From: Blasia pusilla
Lineage: Eukaryota
DNA: 64,000 nucleotides
NCBI GenBank assembly: GCA_050084515.1
Contig: CM114271.1
Span: 46,376,001-46,440,000, forward strand
Direction: 5' to 3'
Under the pieces are notes generated by a model, which was given only the letters and a program-made list of their open reading frames with translations, was not told the origin of the DNA and made no database searches. This document shows, one piece after another, positions 14,061-28,240 of this stretch; position 1 is the stretch's first letter; the number at the start of each line of letters is the position of its first letter. The position numbers and the translations under genes were made by a program.

Positions 14061-14980
14061 ATCATATTTAACTCATGAAAATTACACTTTGGCTATCCCC
14101 AATATTTCCCTCAAAGAGAACTTTATTTTCTTATACAAAATCTCTTCCTTAAGAATCTCCTTCAAATTGATGCTTATCTAGATATCATACTGGAATTTGC
14201 ATATAAGAGTTTTATCCATGGTCTTTTGAGGATATATCTTTTCTTTCTCTTTTATTTCAACTTCTTTCATATGAGAGTCCATTATGGATTCAGATGCAGA
14301 AGACCCTTCTTGTCTTAAGCACCTACAATTACTCTTTTCTTCTTATAGTTCTCGTTCTTCTTGCAACCTCTTTAGGATCAACACGATCATTATCACATCT
14401 CGTTTAGCCTTCTTTCTTGCATCTTGCCAACTAACATGTTTCTCTTTTGCTAGGTGTATATGCTTTAAGATATCCAACTCCTACATGATTATCTCATCTA
14501 GTTAGATGACAGATAAGCTCTACCTCTCGAAGCATCACTTCTCAAGGAAATTGTAAAGGTTCACTCTTAGCCATAGACATAACATGCACTGTTATCTTCA
14601 TTCCAAAGTTTCAAAATCTAATGTTCTTGAAGCGACTCCTACTTGATCTCTCAATGAGCTTTGCATCCTCCTTTTACCAAAATTTGTATTAGACAACATA
14701 TATACTACTTCATGTTGAATGACTCCTTTCCATCTTTGAAATGTACAACTCCATTCCGTAGAGCTTTTGAGAACTCCTCAAATTCTCGACTTTGATGCTC
14801 AATACTATTACACCATATGCATATCCTCATAAAGTTCCTACTTGTTGAAGAAGCTTCAATACTAGGATTCCTATCACACTTAAGTTCAACGATTTTTATT
14901 CTCAAGTCTCTTAAACTTTTCACCAACTCATCAATAGTAGAATCCTTGAGCTTTGTTACTACAAGTTTAGGCAAGAAAGT
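14060..14980 (-). mobile_element. Degenerate Ty3/gypsy gag relic
   Basis: ORF 14705-14974 has IDELVKSLRDLRIK...CIWCNSIEH...FSKALRNGVVHFKDGK (degenerate zinc knuckle). NLKEILKEEIL...FSLREILGIAK near 14090-14170. Same strand as the pol relic at 2400-5434. Confidence 0.7.
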
Positions 14981-15201
14981 TGAAATTGATATGTGAAACT
15001 TAAATCTTATTAAAAAAAATCATGTACAATTATATTTGTATAATTTTTGATTCTATTATTAATTGAATTTCAAATGAAAAGAAGGAAGATAAGAATAATT
15101 TGAAAAAAGGGAGACAAAGATTAAAAAATGACAAATTTTCAAGAGGGGAAGACCTTCCCAAAAGGATTTGTTTTTATATGTTAAATTTAAATAAGAGGGG
15201 A

Positions 15202-15230
15202 CTAGCGGATACCCATGCTCAACACGGATG
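15202..15230 (-). mobile_element. Helitron 3' terminus (degenerate)
   Basis: Plus strand A|CTAGCGGATACCCATGCTCAACACGGAT, i.e. on the minus strand an imperfect GC hairpin followed ~10 nt later by CTAG and a flanking T. Confidence 0.55.
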
Positions 15231-16141
15231 AAAGATCGACCCAAGAAGATAAAAGCTTGAGTGTTTCAAAGACTCTTATACGCTTCGGTTGACAGAGAAA
15301 GAACAACACTTGCTAATTAATTATAGGCCGAAGTGTTATCAAGTGGGATGATACCCGCTATAAAGGCACTCTCTCATAATAATATAGATGAGAAATGAAG
15401 AATTTATCCTCGATAGGGGATATGAAGAGAAAAAGGGATTGATTTTTTTTTTAGAAAGGGAGTAGTTTGAAGAAAAGTTGATATTCAATTTTCAAGAAGG
15501 GAGGGTTTTATGAGGTTCTTTTAAAGTAATATTTTTTCAAGAGAAGATGACCATCTCTTTTTGAATCCCTTTTGCACCTCTTCATTCAGGGACCCCATCC
15601 CCGCCGACTCATTTTGGGGGAAAAAACAACAACTTCCAGTCTTCCACCCTAGTTCCCTTTACACGAGTGAACACTTATTTTTTAAAATTCTATATGCACT
15701 TCCCTCAATAATATATACAAGTTGGCAAGCCCATGCAAAGCACTTTTTATCTTTTTTTCCCAACATTCTTTTAAACAATACTAATTTTTAAATTCCTTCT
15801 TCCACCTCTTCATTCATGGACCTAATTCCACCCCATATTTTTAATTAGTTGCTATGTGTATGCAAGGTAAAACATTGACATTTGACAAAAAATAGTGCAT
15901 CGCTCAAGCACACCGATCGACTATTTTGTTGTGGACAAAAGAAAAGAGGAATGAGTTAATTATGATCCCAATTGCAATCCCCAAATGTAATGGATTTGGA
16001 ACACTCTAGCTCCTTCCTCTATTTACGATCCTCAAACCCAGTGTGGCCTTGGTCTTCATGATTATTTGAGTTTCCCTCAATGTACTTCCTTTAGGTTCCT
16101 CTATCTCCTTTCACTCAAGTCTTGTTTTTTTCTTCTCTGTA

Positions 16142-16170
16142 CTAGTAAGTTGCTTGTGCAATGCACGAAG
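16142..16170 (-). mobile_element. Helitron 3' terminus
   Basis: Minus strand CTTCGTGCATTGCACAAG hairpin, then 11 nt ending in CTAG, followed by T: the canonical hairpin plus CTRR|T arrangement. Confidence 0.65.
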
Positions 16171-18335
16171 TATACATTGTTCTTTCAACTCAATTCTCTT
16201 GTCTTAACTCTTTACATTCGTTCTTAACGTCATTCCTTAAAACAACGCACGTCAACAAGAGAGGATCCTCAGAAGGACATGTGTCAATCATAGGAGGAGG
16301 GATGATGTAAACCCATCCTTACTTAACAGTAAATTAAAGATAGATGACACTATATCTAACATTGTCCTCATCCACTACTAGACTTCCTCAAGTCTACCCT
16401 ACATAAGCACCACATTGTACGCTTCACATGTGATGCCCTCTAAAGTGAAATCTAGATCCGTGAAACACCTCATGATGCAATCTTTTATTTCTTTAAAATA
16501 TTTCACTTCATTTATTCAATAGATATGAGATTGCATTCACATTAAAAACCTTATTTTTCGAGTAGTCTTATAGTCGTATGCTCTTACTTTTCATGACTTT
16601 TAAATCATAGAATAATTTGTTTATTACAAATTTCTTTATATAGAACATTACGTGAATAAAAACTTTGTTGGGTTGGGTGTTTCACCTCCCACTATGATAT
16701 GAATTGAACTTCTTGCACCTACTCTTAATAAGACAATTTATGATTGATCATGAGAAAACACAAACATAACAAATATATCCCAACCTTCTTAAGAATTTGA
16801 CCTTGTGATTTGCTAATCTATATTATTATTGGAGAGTGCCTTCTTGATTTGCAAACACCTTTTTGTTTGACGCGTGGTAATTGGGCAACAAGAAAATATT
16901 TCACAAACTACGGGTAGCAAGAAAATTTAAATTTGTGTGCAACATCATTTGTGCCTTCACGGGCTAAACATTAGCAAAAGCTCTTCAAACACTCTTTTTA
17001 TTTCCCTAGCGGAGCAAGTAATGATGATGATTTGTAGGTGATTGACGAATGCAGAGAAAATAGGCTGTAGAAAGTACAATAGTAAAGATATTAGATGGTA
17101 TGATGATTGGATTAGATATTAAGTATGGCCAACTTAGCTACCCGACGCTGCTTTTGGCATGACAACCGGTCCATCATTGGTTGACCCAAAACTCATTCCT
17201 TTCATACTAAGGTCGACTTCTCTCAATTCTCTCTAAAACACCGACGGTAAACAAGAACGTGCATCGCACAAGCATCTTACTAGTAGTCATTAAAAAAACC
17301 CCAAGCCTTTCACCGCATAAACTTAAAAATAAAAAGAAAAAAAAGAAATTGAACTAGGCGAATGCAAGTCTTCAATTATAGAGGAGCTACACGTACGTGA
17401 CCTATTTTTATTTATTCACCACCTATTTTCACCGCCGCCGCGTCCCCGGTGACGTGGCCCGGTCTAGTGTGTCGTGTTTCCATGGAAGTAAGTCGGGACT
17501 CGGGTTTACTCGGGCGGGCCTCACAGTCACCCTAGAGAACTGGAGGGGCAGCACCAAGTTACTGACAGTATACTGTCAAGCTGTGATCAGAGCGGCCGTC
17601 TGTTGGTGGTTTGTTTCACCTTTTCTGGGAAAGCGGACGACTGGCTAGTATTTTCTGCCTCCTCCAAAAACGTTACTGTCTGCAGAGGCGAGTACTACGC
17701 GCTCGCACCAAGAATAGTTGGGGAGAATGTGAAGATTGCGGTGATTGCAACTCCACGAATGAGAATGGATTGTGAAGAGAGTTTGTCACCAATTTGCATT
17801 CGTCGGATTGTGGAATGCGTAGAGTCATTCCCTGGTGCCGCTCTTCTGCTCACTTTGAATTCCTACGTGGCATGACTGGTACGCATATTCCTTTCATTGA
17901 ATTCTCTGTCTCGTGAGGGACTCTTCTGCGGTTATTGTACACTGCTTGTGATATGGACGAGGTCTACACTCGCTTTGAGTTTGGTAGATGCGAAGCGTCT
18001 GTAAGCTGTAGACACCTCAGCCTTTCGGTAGCTCTGGATCATGAGTGCTTTCTCTTCTGCATCATCAGTCGAGCGATTCCGGAGTTTAGCTTTTGTGAAG
18101 TGAAATCTCGACATCTACATCTCGTAATTTGCTGCAATTAGTAACCTTGCCTCGGGACTCTCGTTGTGTTTTTGTTTCAACTCGCATCTCGCATGCAGAT
18201 TCAGTTTTGTTCCTGCGTCGTTGCCTGTTTTCGGCTCGTTGAAGAGGGGTCGTGCATTGCTATCTATGCGTGTCATACTGCGGAATGGTTGGTTAATAAA
18301 AAAATATCAGCGAGGTAGCAAAGGTGGGGAGAGAG

Positions 18336-21300
18336 ATGGCGTCACAAGGGCAGGGCCCTTCCCAGCCGCAAGGGCAGATGCAGTCTGGTGGCAAAGGAGA
18401 CTTGGCGCCAGTACTGCAGCAGCTCAATATGACCTCGCTACGGACACGAACTCAGGATCTTCATAATGCAATTGGACGCATTCTTCACGCTTTCCACACC
18501 ACTCCAGCACTCAAATGGTATAGACTTTAGTGAAAGGTTAATAGTATGTCTTCCAACTTAAAGTTTGAATAGTTAAGTTCACCTCGTAAATTTCAAAATG
18601 TGTCTTTGGGATTTCGATCAATTGCGCATGTCCATGACTTGCAGACTTCTGCATCTTTGTGGCAGGTCGGAGGTGCTGGGCCAGTTCGCGATGGTGAACG
18701 TTGAGCTGATGAACCTCATTGATGATGTAAAGCCCATTTTGAAAATGTTTGTGGTTTACCCCAAAACTGTGAATGCGGGAAACGCGCCAAGTAAGTTCAA
18801 AATTTAAGCCCTTTCTAAGCGTCTGCTAATTTTGTGTTTGGAAGTGGAGGAAAAGCATGAAAAATAATGGGCAACTAGATAAGGATCAGAGTTATGGTGA
18901 GTCTCCTCAATAACTCTGCAGCCTTAGTGTCCAGAGGGTGAAACAGAATGAAGAGGCATCGAGAAGAGGGCATATAGGGAGCAAGAGAAATTACACCATG
19001 AAGTCTTATAAATTTGCCCAGGATCATCCAAAGAGGGTTTAACAAAACTTTTTTCAGGTAGTTATGAGAGTTCTACCTTAAAAGGAATTGTACAATGGAG
19101 AAGTAGTGTCGACAGATTTCCTCAATGAGTGAATGAGTTTAGCTCACTTCAGCAGGGACAGGGTGGAGGAGATGAAGAAGGAGGCAATCCATTGCATTCT
19201 GCGAGAAAATAAATGTGCCCATGTATGAAGGATAGAAAGCCAGGAATCTGCTATTGTCCTGCAGCTACCAACTGCAGTGGAACCGGCACACTGATACACA
19301 TGTCAAGAAAACTCTTGCTCTGAAGGACTGTCCCAAGGGAATTATCCTGCGAAACGAAGCTCACTCAGCAATTGCTTATTGTACAGATTCTCTGCTTGCG
19401 CCTCCAGTAGCATGTTGTCTCTCCATTCTCTCTACTTAATTCACTTTCAAACTGTGGTCTATAATTTAGATTGGTGTTGTGTGTGATGGGAGGAAAGGAG
19501 CATTATTTGTCATAGGTATTATACTGGGCAATTCTCTCCAGATTCGGATGGCCTTGCATTCTTGTGGGGGGTAATGGTCGGTTACGTAAACTTCGTCCTT
19601 ATCTGATAGGAACAGTTTATAGTTTTAACTGAGAATATACCTGATCTTCTTTCATCAGGACTAGGGAAGTAGTCCAAAGATAGTCTGTAACTGCCAATGT
19701 GAGAGATGACGAAGGCTTGTTAGAGATGAACATCCTGCTTGCTAGAAGTTAGGTGGATGTATTGATGGTCAGTTTGTACAAGCTCAAAAGAGAATCACTG
19801 AAGACGTACTGTCTTTGGAGCCCTTTCCATGTAGGTTTCCCATACGATGTTACAATTCTAGACAATCAAAGCTTAGAAAACTTGAAAACTATCTCATGGT
19901 GACAGTGCAGAGTGACACCTTCATGTTAGCTATGATCCTGTTTGTCAAACATTGTGTGCTTCCATGATTCAAGAGATTGACTGTGAGATGAAAATATTCT
20001 GGAAGTAAAGGTGGATAGAACATCTTGTAAATCTTAGATACTTTTTGTAGGCAGGCATAGCATGTCATTGTGTGAAGTCTGGAAGTGTTAAGTGATCCTT
20101 TGTTCAGCATGTGTAGATTCATAGCCCATTTTTTCTGGTAATCTCGAATAACAAGAGATGTTCCTATAACAGAATTGAATGACCTGCTTTAGCTGGTCAA
20201 AGTAGATGGTCAATATGATCAGAGAACAAACACAAAAGTCATGGCTAATTATGTTTACAGAATAGAATTTAAACCTGATTTCCCACAATCGGTCTTGACT
20301 TGCAGTTTTACCTATCATGTTATCATCTAAGCTCCTGCCAGAAATGGAAGCTGAGGAGGCAACAATGAAGGAGAAGATCCTAGCAGGGATATCAAACCTT
20401 GCTTTACCAGCCCAAACTGATTATTTGCAGGTATATTCAGGACACGCTCCAGTCCTGGGCCTGAACTTTTGCTCTTTCTTCCACTTTCGTGAGTAGCAGC
20501 ATGAAGGTTAACTCCTATGGTTGAAACCTCACAAAATAGCCTCAGTTTGTAGCATATTGCCATATGACCTTCCAAGTTTTGAAGGAAACATACAAGATAG
20601 GACACCTGCATGGCATTTTCTCCACAAAGGATTTTCATACCTTTCCTGTCTTTGTCGTCAGGTTCTTATCTGGTTCCTATAACTGACGAGATTCTGAATG
20701 CTGTGCAATTATGAACAGAGGCAAATAGAAGCAGTGCGATTAGCATGTGACATGGCTGAGAAAGTTATTACTGATTCCCGGAAGGTGTATGGATTGGGCA
20801 CGCGCCAGGGACCGGTTTCTCTTGCTACATTGGATAAAATTAATGTGTCTCGAATTGCAGAACAAGAGAAATTGCTACGAGCTGCAACCAACTTTGGTGA
20901 AGGTAGGGTAGCTCTATCAAGATGAAAATGGAGCGTTTGTTGGAATCAGACGGAAATTGATGTGTTCTGGATCCAGAGTAGTTACTCGGGTGGGCACAAG
21001 TTGACTTGTGACATGACCAGACCGTGAAATGGGAAGGGGATTCAATTTGATGCATTCTGGTTCTTTGGTTGTTTCACTTCTTCTTTTATTTGGAAGTCAT
21101 AGGAAGATTAATGGAATATCTGAATCTGGTTGAGTGGAGTCTCTCATCTGGTGCTTTTATCTTTTTGACCAAGTGAGATTGAGAAAATCTTTAGGTTAGT
21201 TGTTAATGGTAGGATAAAATCTTATTGTTATGGTCTTGTTGGAAGATACTAGTTCAGTGGTCTTGTCCTCCTGTCTATGTTGTAGTTCAGATCCTCCTGT

Positions 21301-24300
21301 AGCTTGCAGGCAAGGCAATTGTTGGGGGAAGGTGAAACCATGGCTTCAAACATTGACATTCCTGTTCAGAGCCATAGGGTTGAGAAAAGTAAAAAAAAAG
21401 CCTTTATGTGATACTGATTGCTCACACCGTGAAAAGGATCCAGAGTAAGTGTTAATTCTTGCTATTGTTTTTGTTATGATTGGGTTGGAAAATCCAGGGC
21501 TCCGGTTGCAAGCAGATCAGCAACATCAACCATCAGCCTTTCCTCCACACTTAGCCTCCGTATTGGGCGCTCCAGGAGATGGGCGTTTATATTTTGGCTC
21601 TGATGCAGGTACATGGAATTTCAGATTAACATCCAGCTAGTTCAGGGGAGAATGAGGACCGTACCTTGATCTATTAGCATCTCATGTCAGGGCACACTAT
21701 GAAGATCTTGCAACTAGTTATTTCCTCCTATAGTGTGTAGCAGATGGTCATTGTTGGTACCCATTCAAGCCTAATGTCTATTCAAGCTTTACATGGACAG
21801 CTTTGTATCAGCAATTACTAGGAGGTTGACATAACTGAACTGGCTTGTGTTAGACCGCACCATCCAAGTCTTTGACAGGTGGATTTTTTGGTCACCTTAT
21901 CAGGGATGAGATAATAGCAGTCTCGGTGATCTAACTGTGGTAGTCTTTGACACGTACTGGGAAAGCAGGAGATGTAGATTAACAAGCTAGATAACGAGAT
22001 TGTGCTATTAACGTTCAACTCTGTATTTTCATCAATGAAAGGAGAACAAGACTAGGTTACATTTTATTGTGGTCTAGTTGGGTCCATTTTTCCAATGGTA
22101 TTAGTGGAGGCTGAAGCTGTCCTGACTTGGTAATTGGGCTTGGTCAGGTTTTGTCAAGGCACCTGCCCCTGTGCTACCTCCAAGTGGTCTATTACGTTCT
22201 GGTGCTCCACAACAGGTACTGGCAATCCACCACCTAAGATAAAGCTACTTAGGTCTTAGATCTCTTCCCCAGTGTAGTACTCATGATGTGGGTTCCGGTC
22301 TTTGATGCATAGTGTTTCTAAAACGTGGAAGGGTATTCTGGTACTGGTTTGTTGCTTTGTCCACTTTCTGGAGAAATTCATGACCTAGCTATGTAATACA
22401 GGTTACACGGTCGTGCTAGCTAGGGTGTAGGGCACTGTGGATGTAGAAGATGCTGATCTGGTGGCAGGTGTTAGATAGTGTACGGGGAACCTCTTTACAC
22501 TGGTGTTTGACTCATGTTATACTTTCTTAATAGCCCCTAAATGTCATTGCAGTTATTTTGATTACTCTGTTTTTTTTGTTTTCCTCCCCTCCAACCTTTT
22601 ATATCATACCTTCTTCACTTGTTCTTCCTGCACCCATCCCAGCGAAGAGCATTGTCGGGCCGGGTTGGTGGGTCTATGGTTGCAAGGCTCTGACAGTCAC
22701 CACTTTAGGATTATGGTCTTTGTCGTCTTGTTGCCTGTTTTGGTTACTATGTACTGTGAATCAGGTCATGCACTCACACTCTCTTAAGTTCTTGTTGGGA
22801 CAGTGAACCCTTAAAGCTCGCTAGTTTTGGAAATTTGTGGCTTAGGATGATTTCTGAAATTGGCTCTTTGATGTCATGATATTGCAGTCATCTGTACCAC
22901 AGATTTCTGCACGTGTTCAAACACCAAACCAGCCTATTGGGGCAGTTGGGACTGCAGGAGTTGCTGCATCTCCATCACCATCTCCTTATGTCAATTCTCC
23001 TAGATCTAATCCAACAAACTTCAACGTGCCTTCACCACAACAACATCAACAGCAGCAGCAGCAGCAGCAGCAGTCACAAGTTGCCTATCTCCAGAAAGCG
23101 AGAGCCCAGCACCAGCTTCAGAGGCACCAGCAGCAGCAACAACAACAACATCAGATTCAGGCTCATGTACAACAGCAGCAACAGCAACTACGAAGGCCTG
23201 CCACCCCTCCTATTCACCAGGTCAAACTACTAGCTCTGTGTATCAAATCACAGGTTTTAGTGTGAGGTTTAATTACTGCAAAATTGACTCAGAAGTTCTC
23301 TCAAAGTTGGCACTTGTGGAGCATACTACCTATTTTTCAACTGCCTTGAGTTGACCAGAGGACATTCTATGTTTGAGTTCTCCTGGGCTGGCAGTTTTTC
23401 TCCTTAGTGAAACCCTGGTAGATTTCCTCTGTTGGTTGGTGACATTTATCATTCATGTCCTTCACAGACGCAGATTGGAGGACAGGGTCAGGCTCAAGTA
23501 TCACAGCCTTTGTTGCACCAGCAACAGCAAAAGATCCAACATCTGCAGCAGGTTGTAAGCATTTTTCAAAGGTTTAGCACCTCAGGATTATGGACAGAAC
23601 TATGGATAGTACTATGTTACTGCAAGGGTACAAAGTGAATGATGGCTTGTATTTCAGACATGAAATGCAATGGGTATCTGTGAATGTTTTTGCAGCTTAT
23701 CAACAATGGGTTCCACCCTGTAAATGTCCATTTTGTATTAGGAATAATGGGGTCTACATGATAGACTATAGAGGCAGCTCAATGAAGTGAACTTGCTTGT
23801 GAGCAGAATCACCTACAGCAACTGCAACAGCAGCAGCATCAAGTTCAACAACAGCAAGCACAAGCAGCTCAACTTCATCAACTGCAGGCTCAACAGGTCT
23901 AGCATCTCAAAAGATACCTGAAGAACATTCAAAATGCACACTCTACCTTGTTTCATCCCTGGAATTTTCATGAAGAACGGTGTCTTGTTGGATAAAAGTT
24001 TTCTTTTTGCTTTGATCTAGCTGTAGTTCTTTTCAATAAGATTGGTATCTGCCTGGGTTTCATGCTGGAACTGAATGCAGAGGACTGAGCTATTCTTAGT
24101 TTTGTACTTTATGAAGGATCGGCAAGCTCTACAGCATCTGCAAGCTCAACAGCAACAAAATCTCCAACAACAGCTGCAAACATCTCAACTTCAAACACCA
24201 CAGTCAATGATCACTTCAAACACACTACAGCAAGGGAACCAAGTCCGGCCACAGATTGGCCAATTAGGCTCGTCGATGACATCCTTATATGGAGGAGGGA

Positions 24301-25222
24301 CTAACACTCTCTTGACCTCCAACTTGGTAACTCTCTCCCTCGTTTTTCAAACTGTTGCTTAGGTTCATTGTTTGGAGTCTAGGTAAGGTCCAATGTGGTG
24401 AGGATAAGAAATTCAGTTAACTTAAGAGCTGGAGAGCTTACTTCTGATATACTGCTGCTGAAATGTTTTATGATGGAAATGTTGAGACTTCAGGAAACTT
24501 TTAGGTTGAGCTAGTGAAGTTTGAGTCTTGAACTAGTCACTCGTTGTAATTTAGCTTGGTGATTAGAGTCGGAGAGCAGTGTTGTAACTATGCAACATAG
24601 AAATGATTGATTACATGTTAGATCTTGGTCGAGGAGTGAATGATAGTTATGATAGTGACGTACTGCCATGTGTTAGCATGAGTCTGTTGGTCTTACAGGT
24701 ACTCAGTTGACAACACTTATGTTTGAAACTTCATGTTGGTATTGCTTTGTAATTTCTTTGGGTACAGTTTCAACAAGGAAATATGTCTTCCAATCATTTG
24801 TCTGCAAATCAACCCCAGCGGAATGTCTCATCACAAATGCTAACAGATTCATGTAAGATCACTACAAATTTTGTGTTTTTAGAAATCTCGGTTCTTGAGT
24901 AGAAAACAGCCTTCAGCTGAAATTCTTTGAATATCACTCTTTCTTGCTTGCAAGTTGAGGTCATTGGACTTTTCTTGCGTATGACCCAGGGTCTGTTCAC
25001 TACCGTAACCTTTGGTTTCTCTTTGATTTAAAATGCAGTTCTTTTTGTTATGCAGTGTATCTGGGGGTGAACAATAGTGCAACACAGATGGCTCAAGGTT
25101 CATCTAGCTTGGGTCTACCATTACAACAGCAGCTTGTCAGCCAGCCCAACTACATGAACATGTTCAACAATGCATCGCAGTCCAATTTCGGACAAAACAG
25201 ACAACCACCTCCTACACAGTAA
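18336..25222 (+). CDS. MED8: Mediator of RNA polymerase II transcription subunit 8 (~588 aa)
   Basis: Exons 18336-18517, 18666-18790, 20306-20430, 20719-20902, 21498-21608, 22148-22215, 22888-23220, 23468-23554, 23807-23896, 24117-24326, 24768-24852, 25056-25222 join in frame (1767 nt), all GT-AG. Plant MED8 motifs KWSEVLGQFAMVNVEL, ILPIMLSSKLLPEME, DSRKVYGLGTRQGP and EQEKLLRAATNFGEGLR. Q-rich C-terminus; boundaries of the Q-rich exons are less certain. Confidence 0.93.
23041..23187 (+). repeat. Coding CAG/CAA polyglutamine tracts in MED8 exon 7
   Basis: QQHQQQQQQQQ, HQQQQQQQH and VQQQQQQ runs, including (CAG)7. Confidence 0.9.
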
Positions 25223-26684
25223 ATTTATTATTAAGTTGATCCTACTTGGCCCATACTTGCAGGTTCCTCACCAGCTCGTGTTACAGCCAACACTGTTTAT
25301 AGTTGGTCACATCTGAAGTTTCTGGATATATTTAGACCAGTTCAGTTATCGGAGCAGGTAAAGTAGTTTGTCCAATGTCATGTTGGAGATGGGGGACTGA
25401 TTTCTAGCTTTCTGGGAAGCAGTTGAACTATATGGATTATTTGATGACTGTAGGAGCAGTACACTTCACTTGCTATGATGGTGACAAAGATGTGTTTCTG
25501 GAGATTCACTTCAAGAGGTTTGCCATGAAGTTTGTGGAATTTGGATGTGTGTGGACGTCATGGCTTGTGCATGATGATAACCCCGGTAGCATTCACAAGT
25601 ATGTGTGAGGATCAGATTCACGAGCATAAGTGGGAGAGTATATTCTCTTGGAAACGAGGGAGGTTCTTGTGTTCAGTTTCTGATAAGGTGCTTGCAAAGC
25701 CGAGTTAATTCAGTAGAGAAAGTATCATCTTCCAGCTGGAAAATATCATGCGATATCAATGATACTGGAAAACTTAATTAGAAAATTACTCGGGGAAAGT
25801 TGTATATTATCAAATACAGTATGGTAAGGAAATGTTGAATTTTTGAGAAGAATGTTGCATCATTTTTTGTGGTGGAAACCTGTGACTTGTCTTCTTGGCT
25901 GAGCAGAAAATTGTTGAAGTGCAATTTTGAGGGACGTGTGTGCTCTGTTCCCTTGGGGTCTGTATGTAGTGTAACGAGGACCCCATTCTTTCGATGTTAA
26001 ATAGAAAGCATATTCATCAATCATAACTACCTCATACTACATCACCTCTCTGTGTAACTCATTTAGTTGGATTTGCAGAGGGTCTCTTATTAGTTAAGGT
26101 AGGGCCCTAGAGTCAAGCTCTCGTCATCAAAGAAATTTCCATTGAATACATTTCAATCATACAAGCTCAATGATGCTACAAATAAGAAATCTTTATCGAC
26201 GTAGAGAAATTTTGTACTAGAATCGATGTGTCATCAAAGTTAGAACTGCAAGTCCTGTGTATTTTGCTAGCATGCACCTAAAGTGCCACAAATGTAAGGC
26301 CGCACTAGACACGTAGAAAGTCTGGTGCCCAAAGAGGTCTCAATGGGCATTGTTGTCGACCATATTGCTTATTTGCTGTTGGTAGCACGATGTGATGTGG
26401 CAATGTTTTTAAGTTGATGTTTCATTACAATGGAACGTTTTAAACAAATTATATCCTAATATAAATGAGAAACATTATATGATTAGAAGATGAAGTCCTT
26501 AAAAACACAAGCCATTGTGCATTACTCACAAATATTTAGGACTAAAAGATGTTCCTAACTACTTGGATCATAGAGAAAACTATATGAGTAGCACTACCCT
26601 ATAATTAATGATTAAAACATTTTAGTCATAGTTTGAGTCATTCTTTTGGGTAATCATTTCAAGTTTAGTAATAAAAATCATGCG

Positions 26685-26696
26685 TTTCTTCTAGTG
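26685..26696. mobile_element. Possible isolated CACTA terminal inverted repeat
   Basis: TTTCTTCTAGTG (reverse complement CACTAGAAGAAA), preceded by short TTTAGTCA/TTGAGTCA/TTTAGTAA motifs. No partner TIR or TSD found. Confidence 0.35.
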
Positions 26697-27184
26697 CAAT
26701 CGCATGACCACAACCATTTATTCTTTGACTTCTATAAATCCATTTTTTTCTCCAACAATAATACGAAGGAAAACTGGATATATAGATATTTTCGAGCTCC
26801 AAATCTAAACGATTAGTTGTAAACCATTATATCATAGTTGTCTCCCTATTCCTTTGTAGTATCTCCAACATGCCTAAGAGGAAGAGACATACCTATGTAA
26901 GATACACAATAATGAGCATAAAAAGAAATTAGTAAGGTATAATTTATTCTTGAATATATTGACATATTAAAGGAACGAAAAAAAAAAGATTCACAGAAGA
27001 TAATCAAGATAATGTGATCTTTCATTGATTACTTCCCTTTTCGGTTTAGTTGTTGCATCATTTGAAACCTTTGTTTTTTTTGTTTTATTTTCCTTTCCCT
27101 AACACGAAATCCTTCGACGTGGTTTTAGGTGTTTTGTTGTCCGGTCGCTGCATTGCACGTTGACCCGCTCATTGGGGTCCGAAG

Positions 27185-28240
27185 AATCTCCACATTAATA
27201 TGACAATCAAAGAGAGTACATTACAAAGGATTGTAAGGAGCAACCCAACGATTGTCCAAACTTTTATCCCGCTTCATTATCTTTATTCTATTATCCAATC
27301 TGTATCATAAGAAAGAAGTGGAAAACACTCATATGTATAATAATTAGAAGTTTGCAAAACTATTTTGCAAGGATTGTGGTTATCTAAAAGATGCAAAATT
27401 TAGTCATAGATTGCATATCTTTGATAAATTGAATATCCGTACTCGCTCTCTATAGTTATGCTTGCAAAAGGCTTAAGACAAGCTTTGGTACACTTCTTGG
27501 TTTCCTTATCCATACATGGAGCATTTGGATTAAGTTGTCCCCGTGGGCCAAGAACCGTGTAGTTAGTTATAGTAGAATGAAGTATGGGATGAATGTTTGG
27601 ATTAGGGATCTCAGCTGACATTATATCATCATAATGAGATATAGGGCGTGGCTTATCCTCTTGATAAAAAATAATCAAAATATGTACATGTGGTTAACCT
27701 TATTTGTGGAATCCAAACACGTGAATGCAACCTATAACCCTACTCTAGATGTTCTTCTTGAGAAGAAAACTTAATGACTCTTTTGTTTTTTTTTTCAAAA
27801 ACTCGCATAATCAAATCTAGTCTATCGGTTGGTTGTTGACCAGATAAAAGTGATAATGTAATCTCCTTGCTTTTATGATTGCACATCATTGTAAGAAAAT
27901 AATTTTGTTTCTCGAGATGCCTCACAATGGCCATTGCATCTTGGTAAAGTTGAAACGTATGGAGTGGACCCCCGCTAAAAGAAGATGGCAATACAATGCG
28001 CCTCCCAAACCTTCCACCATCTCTGTCACTTTGATACATGACATCCTTTAGAACTTGATATAATTTATCTCACAACTCCTTTGGATTTAAGAAAACCCAA
28101 GATAGTTGATACATCTCTAATGTGGCATAAATATCAACCATGTACTCTTGAGTAAGACGACCAAATCAAAGCAAAAAATGATCATCTTCGGAACCAACAC
28201 ATGTTTGAAGTAAAAAAGAAAGCAAATTGTAGCGCGATAA
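27185..28240 (-). mobile_element. Canonical Helitron Rep (HUH endonuclease) pseudogene fragment
   Basis: GRRIVLPSSFSGGP..FQLYQDAMAIVRH..YFLTMMCN, HVHIL, DDIMSAEIPNP, GQLNPNAPCM, YGYSIYQR and LDNRWVAPYNP. Broken by stops, frameshifts and a ~100-bp insertion near 27300-27400. Confidence 0.9.
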
